Assembly: GCA_016934745.1 (NCBI GenBank) | Contig: JAFGSF010000042.1 | Span: forward strand, 1,202-65,201 | DNA: 64,000 bases | From: Candidatus Aminicenantes bacterium | Lineage (GTDB): Bacteria; Acidobacteriota; Aminicenantia; UBA2199 | Direction of reading: 5' to 3' | Part shown: positions 62,824 through 64,000 of the stretch, piece by piece | Numbering within the stretch: the stretch's first letter is position 1 | Layout: each line of letters opens with the position of its first letter | Made by a program: the position numbers and the translations under genes | Notes under the pieces: model-generated | The model's database searches: none | What the model saw: only the letters and a program-made list of their open reading frames with translations | What the model was told of the DNA's origin: nothing

Positions 62824-63432
62824 CTATTTCCCTTCATCGTCCACGTCCATTTTGACAGCGGCTGCCTTTTGCAAACCGCTGGACACGGCGCTTGCATTTT
62901 TCGTCGCCGCCCAGGTGCCGGCGAGGGCATAGGGAGTGACCATCGTTCCCGACATGCTTTTTTTGCCGGAAAAGGTTCCGCTGTATTTGGTGCCGCTGCT
63001 ATAGGTCCATCCGACATTCTTGCCGTCGACTGTGTAGGTGCCGCTAGAAGAAGAGCTCGAAACGAAGGTGCCGCTTTTATTGTCGCCGGTGAATGTCAGG
63101 GTGACGGTTCCGGGAGATTCGCCCTGCCAGGTAAAAGTCATTTGCCAGGAACCGGTGATATTGTACTTGTTCAAAACGAGCAGGAACACGATGGCAGCGG
63201 CTATGCCCAGAATGCCCACGCTGATCAGGATAACGGGCAAAATGCTTTTTTTCATGGCCCTGGACGCGCCGCCGCCTTCCTCTTCCATGAAATCCGGTGT
63301 CGGTTCGCTGTTGGCGGTACTGACCTGCTCGGGGCCGTTGACCACGGCCCCAGGCATGGTCGAAAGCTGCATCAACCAGATGAACGTCATGGCCACAAAC
63401 ACGGCGGTCGGCTTTTTTTTCTTTTTGATCAT
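62824..63432 (-). CDS. small membrane-anchored beta-rich protein, family member B
   Basis: Same architecture as member A. The N-terminal approx. 55 codons are near-identical to member A at the DNA level. Confidence 0.7.
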   Translation of the reverse strand: MIKKKKKPTAVFVAMTFIWLMQLSTMPGAVVNGPEQVSTANSEPTPDFMEEEGGGASRAMKKSILPVILISVGILGIAAAIVFLLVLNKYNITGSWQMTFTWQGESPGTVTLTFTGDNKSGTFVSSSSSSGTYTVDGKNVGWTYSSGTKYSGTFSGKKSMSGTMVTPYALAGTWAATKNASAVSSGLQKAAAVKMDVDDEGK

Positions 63433-63546
63433 GGGCAGCACGCCTCACTTTGATTCTTCATTATTATTATAGTCTTGTTACCCGTTTGTCAGTGCTTTTC
63501 AGCGAGCAGTGCTGTGGCGGCAGGCGTTTGTGTGAAAGGTTGGTGA

Positions 63547-64000
63547 TCAATCCCGGTCCGGCTGTTCTTTCTGAGATTGCATCACGGGCAGTGCCGTCGC
63601 CGTAGCGGCACGGGTGGCCGTCCATGTGCCAGTGGTGGTGCCGTCAAATCTCAGATATGGGCCTGACATCGTGTCCTTGTCGCTGAATGTTCCGCTGTAC
63701 CTGGAACCGCTAGAAAAGGTCCATACCACGTTCTTTTTATCAACCGTGTATGTTCCGTGGAGCAAGGTTCCCGACTGCATGGCATCGAATGTGCCGCTGG
63801 CCTTCTCACCGATGAACTTGGTGGTGAAAGTGTATGGTGTTCCGGTAGTGGTCCGGCTGACGTTCCAATCACCGCGGATATCGTAGTTAGTTTTCAATAC
63901 CACCAGGAACAGGACGACGGCGGTTATGGTAATGGCGCCCACTCCGATCAGGATCCAGGGCAACATACTTTTTTTCTTGGCCGGGGCGGCCTTTTGACCG
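63547..64000 (-). CDS. small membrane-anchored beta-rich protein, family member C (5' end beyond the window)
   Basis: The frame is open to position 64000 (..GQKAAPAKKKSMLPWILIGVG..). By analogy with A and B, the N-terminal segment lies outside the window. Confidence 0.6.
   Translation of the reverse strand, partial: GQKAAPAKKKSMLPWILIGVGAITITAVVLFLVVLKTNYDIRGDWNVSRTTTGTPYTFTTKFIGEKASGTFDAMQSGTLLHGTYTVDKKNVVWTFSSGSRYSGTFSDKDTMSGPYLRFDGTTTGTWTATRAATATALPVMQSQKEQPDRD

Noticed and set aside
1-64000. tRNA, rRNA, CRISPR arrays and known defence-system genes
   Set aside because: The intergenic regions are short (mostly under 190 bp). By eye none shows tRNA-like T-arm or anticodon structure, and there are no spaced direct-repeat arrays. 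No nuclease, helicase or methylase genes typical of defence islands were recognised. A covariance-model scan would be needed for certainty.

Overview
This is a 64-kb bacterial chromosomal segment. I saw no rRNA, tRNA, CRISPR array, transposase or integrase. The taxon cannot be fixed from sequence alone. A TIGR03436-like VWFA-related protein and many secreted peptidases hint at an uncultured Acidobacteriota/Aminicenantes-like lineage, but that is inference only. Housekeeping content: valS-birA; class II ribonucleotide reductase nrdJ, divergent from a compact dcw cluster (mraZ-rsmH-ftsL-ftsI-murE-murF-murD-ftsW-murC-ftsQ-ftsA-ftsZ); hutI; a Memo-like amrB; a pcnB-like nucleotidyltransferase; a TldD/PmbA pair; a DgkA-PAP2 fusion; a cyclophilin; and murB. 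The dcw cluster lacks mraY, murG and ddl at their usual junctions. Sensory and accessory content: a partial radical SAM/SPASM gene with a divergent 68-codon ORF; a Reg_prop/YYY ectodomain fused to a Hanks kinase; two S9 peptidases; a cNMP-binding/FHA protein; a 7TMR-DISM hybrid histidine kinase; and a KASIII-like plus sulfotransferase pair with very low GC. The most unusual structures: (1) a high-GC cassette of about 5.5 kb (FAD oxidoreductase, B12-binding radical SAM, 788-aa GT-C-like membrane protein) bracketed by diverged direct copies of a host promoter plus the first 20 codons of the cNMP/FHA gene; (2) a four-member family of small membrane-anchored beta-rich proteins, three in tandem at the window end and one split by an in-frame TAG; (3) clearly readable operator architectures (NrdR boxes inside a consensus nrdJ promoter, three 10-bp-phased MraZ boxes). 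All functional calls rest on motifs read by eye; no database search was possible.
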